Assembly (NCBI RefSeq): GCF_016026235.1
Contig: NZ_CP065613.1
DNA: 64,000 bases
Direction: 5' to 3' (one strand)
From: Escherichia coli
GTDB taxonomy: Bacteria; Pseudomonadota; Gammaproteobacteria; Enterobacterales; Enterobacteriaceae
In this document: positions 10,751 through 28,959 of the stretch, one piece after another
How the letters are laid out: every line of letters begins with the position of its first letter
How positions within the stretch are numbered: the stretch's first letter is position 1
The notes under the pieces: generated by a model
Told to the model about the DNA's origin: nothing
Databases searched by the model: none
The model's input: the letters and a program-made list of their open reading frames with translations, nothing else
Translations under genes and position numbers: made by a program

Positions 10751-12412
10751 TCAAAATGTTTCCCAGTTTGGATCTTGTTCAGCAATTCGCAGTCGTGGCT
10801 GTGCCGGTGGTTGCTCACTGGCAGGACGGGATGGTGTTTGCGGTTTATTGGTGAGTGGGCTGGCTGCCAGACGGAACGCGGAAACCGCTTGCGTTAAACG
10901 ACTCGCCTGTTCTTCCAGCGCAGCGGCGGCGGCAGCTGATTCCTGCACCAGCGATGCGTTCTGTTGCGTGACGCGATCCATTTCCGAAACCGCCAATGCG
11001 ACTTGATCGATGCCACGGCTCTGTTCATCCGATGCCGATGCAATCTCGCCCATAATGTCAGTCACGCGAGTGACAGCATTGACGATATTGTTCATTGTTT
11101 CCCCGGCGCTTTCGACCAGCACCGAACCGGTATCAACGCGTGCGACGGAGTCTTCAATGAGGGCTTTGATCTCTTTTGCCGCTTGGGCGCTGCGACTGGC
11201 AAGATTACGCACTTCACCCGCCACCACGGCAAAACCACGGCCCTGTTCACCCGCACGCGCGGCTTCAACCGCGGCATTCAGCGCGAGGATATTAGTCTGG
11301 AAGGCAATACCGTCGATAACGCTGATAATGTCGGCAATTTTCTTCGAACTATCGGCGATCTCATGCATCGTTTTCACTACGCCATCCACCACTTTGCCGC
11401 CGTGCTGGGCGGTGTCGGAGGCACTTTGCGCCAGTTGCGAGGCCTGGCGGGCGTTATCGGCGTTTTGCTTCACTGTCGCGGTGAGCTGCTCCATGCTGGC
11501 GGCAGTTTCTTCCAGCGCGGATGCCTGCTGTTCAGTACGGGAGGAAAGATCGGTGTTGCCCGCCGCAATTTCACGGGTACCGGCATAGATGGCATCTGAA
11601 CCTTCGCGGACATGAGTGACGGTGTCAGTCAAAGAGCGTTGCATATGTGAAACGCTCTGCGCCAGGTCGCCCATTTCACTGCGCCCGTCAATGGTCAGGG
11701 TATTCGCCAGGTTACCACCGGCGATTTCGCGAATGTGAGCAATAATTTTTGCCAGCGGAGTAAGCAACATACGGCGAATGCCGTACCACGCCACCAGCAG
11801 AATCAATACCACCACCAGCGCGATAACCGCCAGTTGCCACTGGGCAAATCGGTAATCATCTGCGTTGTCAGTGACGATATCGCGATACAGTTTTTCACTG
11901 CTGAGGGCGTACTGAGCAAACGCTTCGCCCATTGCATTTTGCATTCCCTGGGTTGGCTGAGCGAAATAAGCTCCAGTATTGCCATAATCTAGATAATCAA
12001 TCAGTTCAGTTAACGCTGTGTAATAGTTTTTATATTTTTCATCAATATTACGACTGGTAGCGACCATTTCAGGTAACGGTGCCATGCTTTTGAATTTTTT
12101 ATAATGCGTCGCTGCCTGCGCCAATGTTTTCCTGGCGCTATCGAGCAATTCAACTTTGGCGTTACTTTGTTGATTGGAGGAATCCATCATCATCCGCACC
12201 GCTGAACGACTCAGGTTAATGCGCGTTTGCAGCATTAAATCCCAGGTTGACGTCAGCTCGCCCTGCTGTTCCCGTAATTGATTGGAAACCACAAAGCTCT
12301 TCTGGCTATGGTGAAGGGAAGAAAAAAACAGACTGCCGGAAATAAGCTGTAACAGTGCGAATACCCCCAGCACCATTACCAACAGCGTGACTACGCGGAT
12401 ACGGTTAATCAT
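10751..12412 (-). CDS. tar: Methyl-accepting chemotaxis protein II Tar (aspartate/maltose chemoreceptor), 553 aa
   Basis: Matches Tar from [23 protein letters not shown]-terminal NWETF pentapeptide present. Start ATG at 12410-12412. Confidence 0.94.
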   Translation of the reverse strand: MINRIRVVTLLVMVLGVFALLQLISGSLFFSSLHHSQKSFVVSNQLREQQGELTSTWDLMLQTRINLSRSAVRMMMDSSNQQSNAKVELLDSARKTLAQAATHYKKFKSMAPLPEMVATSRNIDEKYKNYYTALTELIDYLDYGNTGAYFAQPTQGMQNAMGEAFAQYALSSEKLYRDIVTDNADDYRFAQWQLAVIALVVVLILLVAWYGIRRMLLTPLAKIIAHIREIAGGNLANTLTIDGRSEMGDLAQSVSHMQRSLTDTVTHVREGSDAIYAGTREIAAGNTDLSSRTEQQASALEETAASMEQLTATVKQNADNARQASQLAQSASDTAQHGGKVVDGVVKTMHEIADSSKKIADIISVIDGIAFQTNILALNAAVEAARAGEQGRGFAVVAGEVRNLASRSAQAAKEIKALIEDSVARVDTGSVLVESAGETMNNIVNAVTRVTDIMGEIASASDEQSRGIDQVALAVSEMDRVTQQNASLVQESAAAAAALEEQASRLTQAVSAFRLAASPLTNKPQTPSRPASEQPPAQPRLRIAEQDPNWETF

Positions 12413-12443
12413 AAGGCACCTTCCTGAAAACAAGTTGATCTCG

Positions 12444-12470
12444 TTATCGGCAAGAAGGGGGGAAACTTTA
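12444..12470 (-). promoter_or_regulatory. Sigma-28 (FliA) class III promoter of tar-tap-cheRBYZ
   Basis: Minus strand reads TAAAGTTT-N11-GCCGATAA, a perfect FliA consensus, about 30 nt upstream of the tar ATG. Confidence 0.85.
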
Positions 12471-12498
12471 TTGCTGATGCCACCCGCCGCGAAATTGA

Positions 12499-12530
12499 AA
12501 TAAAAAACCCGATGCGCAGATCATCGGGTT
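12499..12530 (-). terminator. Rho-independent terminator after cheW (end of motAB-cheAW operon)
   Basis: GC-rich hairpin AACCCGATG...CATCGGGTT followed on the minus strand by a T-run. Confidence 0.7.
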
Positions 12531-12556
12531 CATTTCAATTGAGGAAATCGGGAGAA

Positions 12557-13060
12557 TTACGCCACTTCTGACGCCGCGCTATCTAACAGCGCCATCTCTT
12601 CGCTGTTCAGCAGTTTTTCGATGTTCACCAGAATCAACATACGGTCGCCCAGTGCGCCCAGTCCAGTGAGATATTCTGTTGAAAGCGTCACGGCAAACTC
12701 TGGTGCCGGACGAATTTGCTCCGCCGTCAATGAAAGCACGTCTGAAACGCCGTCAACCACGATGCCGACCACCCGCTGTCCGAGATTCAGGACGATAACT
12801 ACCGTGTTGTCGTTATAGTCCACATCCACCTGGCTGAACTTAATTCGTAAGTCAACAATCGGCACAATAACGCCGCGCAGATTCGTGACGCCTTTGATAA
12901 ACGCTGGCGTGTTCGCAATCCGTGTTACCTGATCGTAGCCACGGATCTCCTGCACTTTCAGGATATCAATACCGTACTCTTCATCACCAAGGGTAAATAC
13001 CAGAAATTCCTGGCCTGACGGCTCGCTGGCCAGCTTTGTTACATTCGTCATACCGGTCAT
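12557..13060 (-). CDS. cheW: Chemotaxis coupling protein CheW (167 aa)
   Basis: Full-length match [42 protein letters not shown]... Confidence 0.96.
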
Positions 13061-13080
13061 ATTGTTACCTTTTTACTCAT

Positions 13081-15972
<2,892 letters not shown>

Positions 15973-16245
15973 GCTTCCTCGGTTGTCGTCTGTTGTTGCG
16001 GATTTTTCACCGCACGCACATGCTCTTCCAGTTCAATAAACGACGGACGTTCGCTGGAATAGAGCGTTTTGCGACCAAACTCAACGGCGATAGGCGGTGC
16101 GTAACCGTTCAGATTAGAAAGCAGAGTGACTTTGACGCACTGCATCATTTTGCTGGTTTCGGCGCTTTTCTGACGTAAAACACTCGCTAATGGGGAAATA
16201 AATCCGTAAGCCAATAAAATGCCGAGGAAAGTCCCCTGAGGAATC

Positions 16246-17528
16246 CCCAGAAAACAAGACAGGCATAGTGAGATGTGATCTAATTGATTGTGCTAACAAT
16301 TTCAAGGAGATCACCACTATGCCTGCACGTTCATTATGCCAAAATTTCCTTAACAACATACTGGCCCCTTTGCATCTTTACCGTCAAAAATCACTGATTG
16401 ACGCAACTAATGCTGTAATAAATGGCGCTTCCCTCACACTTACCAGTATCGGGCGTCATTTAACCGGTACGGCATCAGTTAAAAACAAAATAAAGCGGGT
16501 GGATCGACTGTTGGGGAATCGACATTTGCAAAATGAGGTTTCCACCATTTTTCAGCGAATTACCCAAAAGATTACGCGGGGAATGTCTCGTGTTGTGATA
16601 CTCATTGACTGGAGTGCTTATCATGCCTCTCGTTTTCAGCTTTTGCGGGCAAGCCTGGCATGTGACGGGCGTTCTTTACCGTTGATGAGTTGTGTCGTTC
16701 CATCATCACAGACAGCGAATGCAGATGTACATGAGCGTTTTCTGGAATCGCTTGCTGAGTGCTTTTCCCCCGGGACTGATGTCATTGTTATTACAGATGC
16801 CGGTTTTCAGGGGCGATGGTTCCAACAGCTCCGCTCCCGTGGCTGGACCTATATTTGCCGGGTACTGGGCAATCATTATTACAATGTTGGTAATGGCTGG
16901 GAAAAGGTGTCGGACTCAGGCACAAAAGCATCAACGACAGCAATTTATTTAGGTGAAGGCCTGCTGGGTCGAGATAAAAATGCACAACATGAAGGGCATT
17001 TTTATCTTTATAAAAGTAAGCCTAAAGGTCGTTGATTTAAACGCTCGAAGGAAAGAGCAACCAGACCATCGGTGACGGCTAAAGCTCGTACTGCCGGGAA
17101 ATCACCATGGTTTATTTTCACAAACAGTACTGAGTTCTCGCCAAAACAGGTAATGAAATTATACAGCCGTAGAATGCAAATTGAGCAAAATTTCAGGGAT
17201 GAAAAAATCCTCGCTGGGGATTTGGACTACGGTTTGGTGCCAGTCATTCATCCGGGCGGGTCACGGTATTGAGTCTGATCGCAACATTAGCCAGTATCAT
17301 TATGTGGTTAAGCGGTTTCAGCCTGGAAAACAAAGGGATACATCATAAATATCAGGCAAATACAGTGAAGCACAGGCGAGTCATCTCGTTATTAAAACTG
17401 GCGGAGAATGTGATTCGACATTCTCCACTCATACTAAACACACTGTCACTTGACGCAGGGCTGAAAGTTCTACAGCAACGGTATACCAATATGATAATGG
17501 TTTACTAAATTTTCTGGGGATCCCTCAG
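16246..17528 (+). mobile_element. IS4-family, IS10-like insertion sequence (~1.28 kb) inside motA
   Basis: Ends are inverted repeats CTGAGG(A/G)ATCCCCAGAAAA, resembling IS10 termini; flanked by a ~9 bp target duplication (GAAAGTCC core); internal ORFs homologous to IS10 transposase. Confidence 0.8.
16268..17508 (+). pseudogene. IS10-like transposase, degraded into three ORFs (16268..17035, 17072..17272, 17269..17508)
   Basis: Segments align in order with IS10 transposase blocks (KRVDRLLGNRHL, ILIDWS, ITDAGF, YSRRMQIEQNFRDEK, YQANTVKHRRV) but are separated by a stop and a frame change. Confidence 0.75.
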
Positions 17529-18285
17529 GGAAAGTCCCCACCATCGCATGTGCGATAAGCGCACCCAGCTCGGCGGCAGGACGATCGGCTGAACCTAACG
17601 CGTGAACGACCCCCATTACAGCCGCGACAATACCAAACGCCGGAAGTGAGTCCCCGACCAGCGCCAGACTGTTCGCCGGGACTTCTGCCTCGCTTTCGTG
17701 CGTCTCAATCTCTTCATCCATCAGGGCTTCGATTTCGAAGGTGTTCATATGACCGCTGATAATCAGACGCAGATAATCGACGATAAAATCAAGCATGACG
17801 CTATCCGCGAGGATGCGTGGGTAGCTGGCGAAGATCTCGCTCTCACGGGGATTTTCAATATCACGTTCCAGCGAAAACATCCCCATCTGCCGCGATTTCG
17901 CCATCAACCGATAAAGCAGAGCCAGCAGATCCATATACATTGCTTTGGTGTATTTGGAGCGACGAAACAGCAACGGCAGCGCTTTCAGCGTGCCTTTAAT
18001 CGCTTTGCCATTATTGCCGACGATAAACGACCCAATCCCTGCACCGGCAATAATCACCAGTTCAGCGGGTTGATAGAGTGCTCCAAGGCTTCCACCGGTC
18101 ATCAAATAACCGCCGAAAACTGTACCGAGAACAACCAGGTAACCTAATAAGATAAGCACGACATCATCCTTCCACTGTTGACCATGACAGGATGTTCAGT
18201 CGTCAGGCGTTAACGCGCGATTGGGGCAAAAAAAAGCAGCGGTACGTCGTTACCGCTGCTGGAATGTTGCGCCACACCGTATCAG

Positions 18286-18864
18286 TTAAACAGCCTGTAC
18301 TCTCTGTTCATCCAGCAGTTGTGGGATAATATCGGCAGGATTCTGGGAAAGTTTACGTCTTTTTACTGCCCGGGATGGCGGTTGACATAAGCTGCAGGCA
18401 AAGCTGCCAACAGGCTGGTGAGCGTGGGTAATAAAATTGCCGCCGCAGCAGTTGCAGCTGGAAAGTTGCAGTAATCCACTTTCAACAAACCGCACCAATG
18501 TCCAGGCACGGGTTAATGCCAGCAGTGGTCCTTCTTCTGCTTGTGGGCACTGTTCAAGGTATAAACGGTAGGCTTTGATCACCGCATCGACGCCATTACA
18601 CAAACCTGTTTTCAGTAAAAACTGCCATGCATTACAGAACATCGAAGCATGAACGTTTTGTTCCCAGGTCATAAACCAGTCGGTTGAGAATGGCAGCATG
18701 CCTTTCGGCGGTGGGCTTCCGCGCAGTTCTTTATAAAGTTTTATCAGGCGTCCGCGACTTAACTGTGTTTCGCTTTCCAGCATCTGCAAACGAGCGCCCA
18801 GGGTGATCAATTCCATTGCCAGCTGAATATCCCGCGCTTCCTGAACAATGCTTTTTTCACTCAT
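18286..18864 (-). CDS. flhC: Flagellar master regulator subunit FlhC (192 aa)
   Basis: Full-length match. Confidence 0.96.
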
Positions 18865-18866
18865 GA

Positions 18867-19217
18867 TCAGGCCCTTTTCTTGCGCAGCGCTTCTTCAGGC
18901 TGATTAACATCATTCAGCAAGCGTGTTGAGAGCATGATGCCGGTATGAATTTGCTGGAGATCGTCAACGCGGGAATCTTGCGTCAACTGAGTAATCGTCT
19001 GGTGGCTGTCAAAACGGAAGTGACAAACCAGTTGATTGGTTTCTGCCAGCTTAACCATTTGCGGAAGAGTCAGTGCCGCTAACGTTGTCGCCATTTCTTC
19101 ATTTATGCCGAGACGAAACATAGCGGACGCTTTGTCCTGAACAATCAAACGCTGTGCAAGTAGTAAATATGACAAGTTGATGTCATAAATGTGTTTCAGC
19201 AACTCGGAGGTATGCAT
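18867..19217 (-). CDS. flhD: Flagellar master regulator subunit FlhD
   Basis: Matches FlhD from [22 protein letters not shown]; the ORF has an in-frame upstream ATG at 19226 (MGIM...). Confidence 0.93.
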
Positions 19218-19996
19218 TATTCCCACCCAGAATAACCAACTTTATTTTTATGCGGTTTCACCGCACCCCGTGATGTCGCCGGGAAGCCCCAGTAAAAAAT
19301 AATTAGTATTAGAATAGTTGCGATAAGCTGCAATAAGCAGAACCACCTTTTTGGTTTAATATGTCCTTACAAATAGAAATGGGTCTTTACACTTATCTAA
19401 GATTTTTCCTAAATCGACGCAACTGTACTCGTCACTACACGCACATACAACGGAGGGGGGCTGCGATTTTCAATAATGTGTGATGCAGATCACACAAAAC
19501 ACTCAATTACTTAACATAAATGTATAAGTCATACTTTTGTTTTGGGTGTATTTCAATCTGTTAAAAAGTTTTTCGCTACGCTAGCAAGCAAAAATGAAAC
19601 AGGAATAATCGAAATGGGATGTTGCGCACAGTTAAAATAACTCACCGTAAATAATCATCTGCTATAAATAATCACTTTCATGCAATACCAGATAAGCTAT
19701 TTTTAAACAGACACTTACCGCACAACAAACTAATTAAATACAAAGAAAGGCAACAATCAACTTAATGTTAATGAAATGTTTTACATATATTAACCACTTG
19801 TTTAATGCGGAGAATCAGTACACTATTTTCTTATAATTACATTTGAAATTATATGATCACCGGGAGTGATTGATTAATTGTCTTTACTAATAATCAAACT
19901 AATATTTACCTGTTTGACCGAGTTGGGATTGCGTCGTTTCTCCATTAGGAGTAAAGCTTTAATGTCACCTGAAGTTCACAGAATAAGGAACAGGTT
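19218..19996. promoter_or_regulatory. flhDC upstream control region / uspC promoter region (AT-rich, long untranslated leader)
   Basis: ~780 bp AT-rich non-coding stretch between divergent flhD and uspC; no IS element present here. Individual binding sites not resolved by eye. Confidence 0.5.
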
Positions 19997-20425
19997 ATGA
20001 GCTATAGCAATATTCTTGTCGCTGTTGCGGTTACACCGGAAAGTCAGCAACTGCTGGCAAAAGCGGTATCTATCGCCAGGCCAGTAAAGGGACACATCAG
20101 TTTAATTACTCTCGCTTCCGACCCGGAAATGTACAATCAATTAGCCGCGCCGATGCTTGAAGATTTACGCAGCGTGATGCAAGAAGAAACGCAAAGCTTT
20201 CTTGATAAGTTAATTCAGGATGCGGGGTATCCCGTTGACAAGACGTTTATTGCCTACGGTGAGTTAAGCGAACATATTCTGGAAGTATGTCACAAACATC
20301 ATTTCGATTTGGTGATTTGCGGTAATCACAATCACAGTTTCTTTTCGCGAGCATCCTGCTCGGCGAAAAGAGTTATTGCCTCAAGTGAGGTCGATGTGCT
20401 GTTAGTTCCACTTACGGGAGATTAA
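19997..20425 (+). CDS. uspC: Universal stress protein C (142 aa)
   Basis: Full-length match MSYSNILVAVAVTPESQQLLAKAVSIARP... Confidence 0.93.
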   Translation: MSYSNILVAVAVTPESQQLLAKAVSIARPVKGHISLITLASDPEMYNQLAAPMLEDLRSVMQEETQSFLDKLIQDAGYPVDKTFIAYGELSEHILEVCHKHHFDLVICGNHNHSFFSRASCSAKRVIASSEVDVLLVPLTGD

Positions 20426-20431
20426 CCGCTC

Positions 20432-23787
<3,356 letters not shown>

Positions 23788-23798
23788 ACTCTCCTTAC

Positions 23799-25313
23799 TC
23801 AGGCAACAGCCTGGCTGACTTTAGGCATCGCAAGGCTCAGTGCCTGACGCTCATCTGCCTGCTCGTGTAACAATTCACCGGCGATTTCACCTTCCCGCAT
23901 CACCACAATCCGGTCGGCAACGCCGAGGACTTCAGGTAAGTCGCTGGAGGCAAACAGCACCGCCACACCCTGCGCCGCCAGCGCATAAATCACGTTGTAA
24001 ATTTCATGCTTAGCCCCAACATCAATGCCGCGCGTAGGTTCATCCAGCAAAATGACCTTCATCTCTTCCGATAACCAGCGGCCCAGAATGGCTTTTTGCT
24101 GATTTCCGCCTGAGAGATTCATGATCAGTTGCTCAGCGCCCGGCGTTTTGATGTTGAGCGAACGAATGTGCTGATCGGCATTGTTTTCTTCCCAACCGTT
24201 GTTGATTACACAACCGCCGAGCACATGTTTACGTCTGGCACTGATGTTGATATTGTCGCGAACGGAGTGCACGGGAATAATGCCTTCCGCTTTGCGATCT
24301 TCCGGGCAGAGCATCATGCCTGCGGCAATGGCGTGGCTCGGTTTACTAATATCGATCGGCTGTTGGTCGATATAAACCTGACCGGCGGTGATTTGCGTCC
24401 CGCCAAACAAGCCTTTCATTAATTCGCTACGCCCCGCCCCTACCAGACCAAACAGCCCAACAATTTCACCACTGCGAACCGCCAGACTTATTGGCGTACG
24501 CACGCCTGGTGCTTTCACAGCATCAAGACGCAGGCGCTCCTCGCCATAACTACGAGGTTGCCAGCCGTAGATATCGCCAATGTCGCGCCCGACCATCGCC
24601 TGCACCAGCGCGTCGTGGTCAACCTGCTGCATATCGGTAAAGGTTTTGACATAACGTCCATCTTTAAAGACAGTGATGGCATCGCTGAGGGCAAATATTT
24701 CTTCCATACGGTGAGAAACGTATAAGATCACCCGCCCCTCTTTTCGCAGTTCACGAATAACGCGGAAAAGATTGTCGATTTCGCGGGCAGAAAGGGAGCT
24801 GGTTGGCTCATCAAAGGCGATAATTTTAGCGTTACGCGCCAGCGCCTTGGCGATTTCAACCATCTGCCACTGACCAATGGAGAGATATTTCAGCGGCGTG
24901 TCCGGGTCAATATCCATACCAAGATGTTTAAGTTGTAAACCCGCCTCATAATTCAGCAATGAGCGATTCACAATGCCGCCTTTATGCGGCAGCTGGCCGA
25001 GATAGATGTTTTCCGCGACGGTCATTTCCGGCACGAGATGCAGTTCCTGGTAAATAATCGCCACACCCGCGTTAAGTGCTGCGGTCGTGTCGGAAAAGGA
25101 CATTTCCTGCCCATTAATCACTACAGAACCCGTGGTTGGCGCATAGTTGCCGCTGAGGATTTTTAAGAGAGTTGATTTTCCTGCGCCATTTTCACCCATC
25201 AACGCATGAACCTGACCGGCATAGCAGTCAAAACTAATATCCGTCAGCGCCTTAACGCAGGGAAACGTTTTACCGATGCCGCGAAATGAGAGATACGGGG
25301 TAGACTGTTGCAT
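23799..25313 (-). CDS. araG: L-arabinose ABC transporter ATP-binding protein AraG (504 aa)
   Basis: Matches AraG from [17 protein letters not shown]; two ABC cassettes (Walker [10 protein letters not shown] and GLVGAGRSE). Confidence 0.94.
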   Translation of the reverse strand: MQQSTPYLSFRGIGKTFPCVKALTDISFDCYAGQVHALMGENGAGKSTLLKILSGNYAPTTGSVVINGQEMSFSDTTAALNAGVAIIYQELHLVPEMTVAENIYLGQLPHKGGIVNRSLLNYEAGLQLKHLGMDIDPDTPLKYLSIGQWQMVEIAKALARNAKIIAFDEPTSSLSAREIDNLFRVIRELRKEGRVILYVSHRMEEIFALSDAITVFKDGRYVKTFTDMQQVDHDALVQAMVGRDIGDIYGWQPRSYGEERLRLDAVKAPGVRTPISLAVRSGEIVGLFGLVGAGRSELMKGLFGGTQITAGQVYIDQQPIDISKPSHAIAAGMMLCPEDRKAEGIIPVHSVRDNINISARRKHVLGGCVINNGWEENNADQHIRSLNIKTPGAEQLIMNLSGGNQQKAILGRWLSEEMKVILLDEPTRGIDVGAKHEIYNVIYALAAQGVAVLFASSDLPEVLGVADRIVVMREGEIAGELLHEQADERQALSLAMPKVSQAVA

Positions 25314-25382
25314 AACGTCTCCGTGAATCACTGGTCGTTCACACCCCCTCTGCATCATGCAGAGGGGAATTTTTCCGGCAAA

Positions 25383-26372
25383 TTACTTACCGCCTAAACC
25401 TTTTTTCTCCAGTTCTTCTTTAAAGTTGTCACGCGTGATCAGCACCACGTCGGTAACTTCGGTAAATTTTGGCGGTTCAACGTCTTTTGCTACCCAGTTG
25501 TAAAGCATTTCGCTGGATTTATAGCCATGTACGTCCGGGCTTGGCAGCAGGGAACCGTAGAAGCCGGTTGCCTGTGCTTTAGACAGTTCGCTCACCGCAT
25601 CCACACCGTTAATGCCAATGCCGATGATATCGGCAGCTTTAAAGCCCTGACCTTCCGTCGCGCGTACGCCGCCCAGCACGGTGCTGTCGTTCATACCGAC
25701 GATCAGCCAATGTTTAACTTCCGGATGTTGAACCAGCATTGAGTTGGCAGCGTCAAATGCCCCCGGGATGTCGTTAGATTTGGTAGGTACCTGATAAATT
25801 TGTTTTTCCGGGAATCCTGCAGCTTTCAGTGCGTCCATAGAACCCGTTGTACGGCGGCGGGCGGTATCCAGTTCGTTGGCGGTAATCGCCATCACCGCGC
25901 TTTCTTTGACATCCCAGCCACGTTTCTGCATCTCTTTATACAGTTCCTGGCCCTGACGTTCGCCAATTTTAGTCGCCGCCATCATCACCAGAGGAACGGT
26001 ATCCATTGGCTTACCTTTGGCGTTAACAAACTGGTCATCCACGGCAATGACTTTCATATCGTAGCCACGCGCTTTCGCGACGATGGCAGAGCCGAGTTTG
26101 GGGTCCGGAGTACAAATAACGAAACCTTTTGCGCCACTGGCAGCCAGGCTGTCGATCGCGTTCAATGTTTTTTCGCCATCCGGCACGGCAATCTTAATAA
26201 CCTCAAACCCTAAATCCTTCCCGGCTTTATCGGCAAACTTCCATTCGGTCTGGAACCACGGCTCTTCCGGTTGCTTCACCAGAAAACCGAGCTTCAGGTT
26301 CTCCGCCATAGCGGATTGTGACATAACGGCTGCCAGACCAATGGCTGCCAGGGCTTTAGTAAATTTGTGCAT
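25383..26372 (-). CDS. araF: L-arabinose-binding periplasmic protein AraF
   Basis: Matches AraF from MHKFTKALAAIGLAAVMSQSAMA (signal peptide). Confidence 0.94.
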   Translation of the reverse strand: MHKFTKALAAIGLAAVMSQSAMAENLKLGFLVKQPEEPWFQTEWKFADKAGKDLGFEVIKIAVPDGEKTLNAIDSLAASGAKGFVICTPDPKLGSAIVAKARGYDMKVIAVDDQFVNAKGKPMDTVPLVMMAATKIGERQGQELYKEMQKRGWDVKESAVMAITANELDTARRRTTGSMDALKAAGFPEKQIYQVPTKSNDIPGAFDAANSMLVQHPEVKHWLIVGMNDSTVLGGVRATEGQGFKAADIIGIGINGVDAVSELSKAQATGFYGSLLPSPDVHGYKSSEMLYNWVAKDVEPPKFTEVTDVVLITRDNFKEELEKKGLGGK

Positions 26373-27168
26373 GGTTCTCTCCAGCTTTAGTGTCGTTTTG
26401 TGTAGGGCAAAAACGAATGACATTCGTTAAATTAATCGGAAAACAAAGCATTACCTTTTAACTAAAAGATAAGTGACCGTGTTGACATAGTTTTAGCGAG
26501 AAATTAATTCTCCATAGGAGAGCAATATCACATCGCAGAATTACAGTGAGAACGTGCATAAATTTAGCGGGAAAAGACATAAGGGAAAGCCAATTTGTCA
26601 GACAAATTGTCGAATGCACAGCAGATTAATCCATAAGATTAGCCTGGAAATCCTTGTTGTCTTTGGTACCCATGCGGGATGTCTTCTTTTTAACCAGTCA
26701 ATAGGCCGCATTACCTGGCGTTGAGTTTTTGAAATGGTGTAATAACCGCAACTCAAAGATGTGGAAAATGCACGTCATTCATTTCGTCATTAATTATCAC
26801 TGTGCTCATTAATTAACATAACACGTATAATGAGAGCCATCTCGCAAAAATGAAAAAACGTTTTATAAAATCATCACTTCATCATGAATTCAAATTCATT
26901 GATTAATATCAACAAGATACAAAAAGCACTATCATTAAAATTCATTGCAGTTACATTGATTTCATCAATGAAATGTAAAAATATATAAACTTGATGATTT
27001 AAGCATTTTCTTATACCCGTTCAGACGTTATTCTTATTTCAGATCATCGTCAGAATTGACTCCACGATCACATTTCGGACCGGCAGAAAGGAATTATTCT
27101 GCAAACAGTAATTATGGTGTTTTGATTTATCTTGCACCTCTCCACTTCTGGATATAAGGATATTAGGT

Positions 27169-27672
27169 ATGGCAACCGCTGGAATGCTTCTCAAACTCAA
27201 CTCTCAAATGAACCGCGAGTTTTACGCATCCAATCTCTACCTTCACCTGAGTAACTGGTGTTCTGAACAGAGTCTGAACGGCACCGCCACTTTCCTTCGC
27301 GCCCAGGCACAGAGTAATGTGACCCAAATGATGCGCATGTTTAACTTTATGAAGAGTGTCGGCGCTACCCCCATCGTTAAAGCCATTGATGTTCCCAGTG
27401 AAAAACTGAACTCTCTGGAAGAACTGTTCCAAAAAACGATGGAAGAATACGAGCAACGTTCTAATACGTTGGCACAGTTAGCCGATGAAGCGAAAGAACT
27501 GAATGATGATTCAACCGTCAATTTCCTGCGCGATCTGGAAAAAGAACAGCAGCATGATGGTCTGTTGCTGCAAACCATTCTTGATGAAGTGCGCAGTGCG
27601 AAACTTGCGGGTATGTGCCCTGTGCAGACCGACCAACATGTTCTGAATGTCGTGTCACACCAGCTGCATTGA
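27169..27672 (+). CDS. ftnB: Ferritin-like protein FtnB (167 aa)
   Basis: Full-length match [40 protein letters not shown]... Confidence 0.92.
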   Translation: MATAGMLLKLNSQMNREFYASNLYLHLSNWCSEQSLNGTATFLRAQAQSNVTQMMRMFNFMKSVGATPIVKAIDVPSEKLNSLEELFQKTMEEYEQRSNTLAQLADEAKELNDDSTVNFLRDLEKEQQHDGLLLQTILDEVRSAKLAGMCPVQTDQHVLNVVSHQLH

Positions 27673-27714
27673 TCATCATCGGCGCTAATGCATTGCGCCG
27701 ATGAAGGTTTTGAG

Positions 27715-27752
27715 AAACCGCTGCCTCATCTGTTTGAAGCAGCGGTTTTTTT
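27715..27752 (+). terminator. Rho-independent terminator downstream of ftnB
   Basis: Hairpin CCGCTGC...GCAGCGG followed by a run of 7 T. Confidence 0.7.
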
Positions 27753-28002
27753 AATGGGATTCACCCTGTGGGGTAAACTTGAGTTCAATAAGCGCGATGG
27801 CTTTTTGGATTGCCCGCATGGTGACCGGGTCTGCGGCGGCGGGATGGTTAGTAAAGTCGATATTCTTCAGCTGACTGGACATTTTTTCACGAACTTCAAC
27901 GGGCGCGATTACATCGAGAACATCCAGAATTTGTTTGATAACCAACTGGCAAGCAACCACATCAGAAACCAGTTCCTGATCGGCATTCAGCGGCTGGGAC
28001 AT
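27751..28002 (-). CDS. yecJ: DUF2766 family protein YecJ (83 aa)
   Basis: Full-length match [31 protein letters not shown]... Confidence 0.88.
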
Positions 28003-28088
28003 CGTAAACTCCTGATAGCATTTTGAAAGCCGTTATAGTAGCGGCTTCACATCTTCAGCGATAGTCACATCCACCGTCATCAGGACAC

Positions 28089-28116
28089 AAAAAAACCTGC
28101 CGGAGCAGGTTTTTTG
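28089..28116 (-). terminator. Rho-independent terminator downstream of azuC
   Basis: Hairpin CCTGC-CGGA-GCAGG flanked by A-run and T-run (bidirectional form). Confidence 0.65.
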
Positions 28117-28203
28117 TTATCGGAACATATTGCCTGGCGGTACGTCTTTGAACGTCTTGCAATAGTTATTGAACATACTTTTCAGGATTTTGCGCAGTTT
28201 CAT
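28117..28203 (-). CDS. azuC: Small membrane-associated protein AzuC (28 aa)
   Basis: Minus-strand translation ATG(28201-28203)...: MKLRKILKSMFNNYCKTFKDVPPGNMFR*. Not in the supplied ORF track (below its length cutoff). Confidence 0.85.
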   Translation of the reverse strand: MKLRKILKSMFNNYCKTFKDVPPGNMFR

Positions 28204-28465
28204 CGCGGCACTCCGACCATTTGTTATACAGGTGTTATTGTCTTTGCGCTTATAATATGACAACCATCACAAAAATCAATCTTTATGTGATACAAATCAC
28301 ATAAATACCCCTTTAATGTTATAAAAATGATAATCAAAAAACAGCCCCCCTATTTCTGACACCTACAGATGGCAAGAAATAGCGCCTGCCAGGCGTCTTT
28401 TCCGGCCATTGTCGCAGCGCTGTAACGCGTAAAATAGTGCTTTCTCTTACTCTTCTGGCTGGACC

Positions 28466-28789
28466 ATGAGACTTCTGATTCTGACTCTTTCATTAATAAC
28501 GCTGGCGGGGTGTACGGTTACTCGCCAAGCCCATGTGAGCGAAGTTGACGCGGCAACAGGTATTGTACGGTTGGTTTATGACCAGGCTTTTTTGCAGCAT
28601 GCCCATACCGATCGTTATGTCAGTCGCGGGATCGCCGATCGCGCATGCCAGCAGGAAGGCTATACCCACGCGATCCCCTTTGGTCAGCCAGTAGGCAACT
28701 GTAGCCTTTTTGCGGGTTCCTTATGTTTGAATACGGAATTCACTTTGTCATATCAGTGCCATCATTCCGCCTTCCCTGTCTTTCTCTAA
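28466..28789 (+). CDS. yecR: Lipoprotein YecR (107 aa)
   Basis: Match MRLLILTLSLITLAGCTVTRQAHVSEVDAATGIVRLVYDQAF...; lipobox LAGC. Confidence 0.9.
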   Translation: MRLLILTLSLITLAGCTVTRQAHVSEVDAATGIVRLVYDQAFLQHAHTDRYVSRGIADRACQQEGYTHAIPFGQPVGNCSLFAGSLCLNTEFTLSYQCHHSAFPVFL

Positions 28790-28959
28790 ATATTTTAATC
28801 AGCGAGGGGATCTTCGCTGATTAAATAAATAGCGGTAATGCGTTTTATTCCCATTCGTATTTTTAATAATTGAAGTTTATATTTTACCTTTTGCAAATAA
28901 TAAAATAACAAATTATAGTGACGCCACAGCAACAAATATAACCTTTGTGGAGCACTATC

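Noticed and set aside
19227-19996. IS1 or IS5 insertion upstream of flhD, as found in some hypermotile K-12 stocks
   Set aside because: No IS terminal repeats or transposase ORFs are present in this interval; the region is plain AT-rich regulatory DNA.
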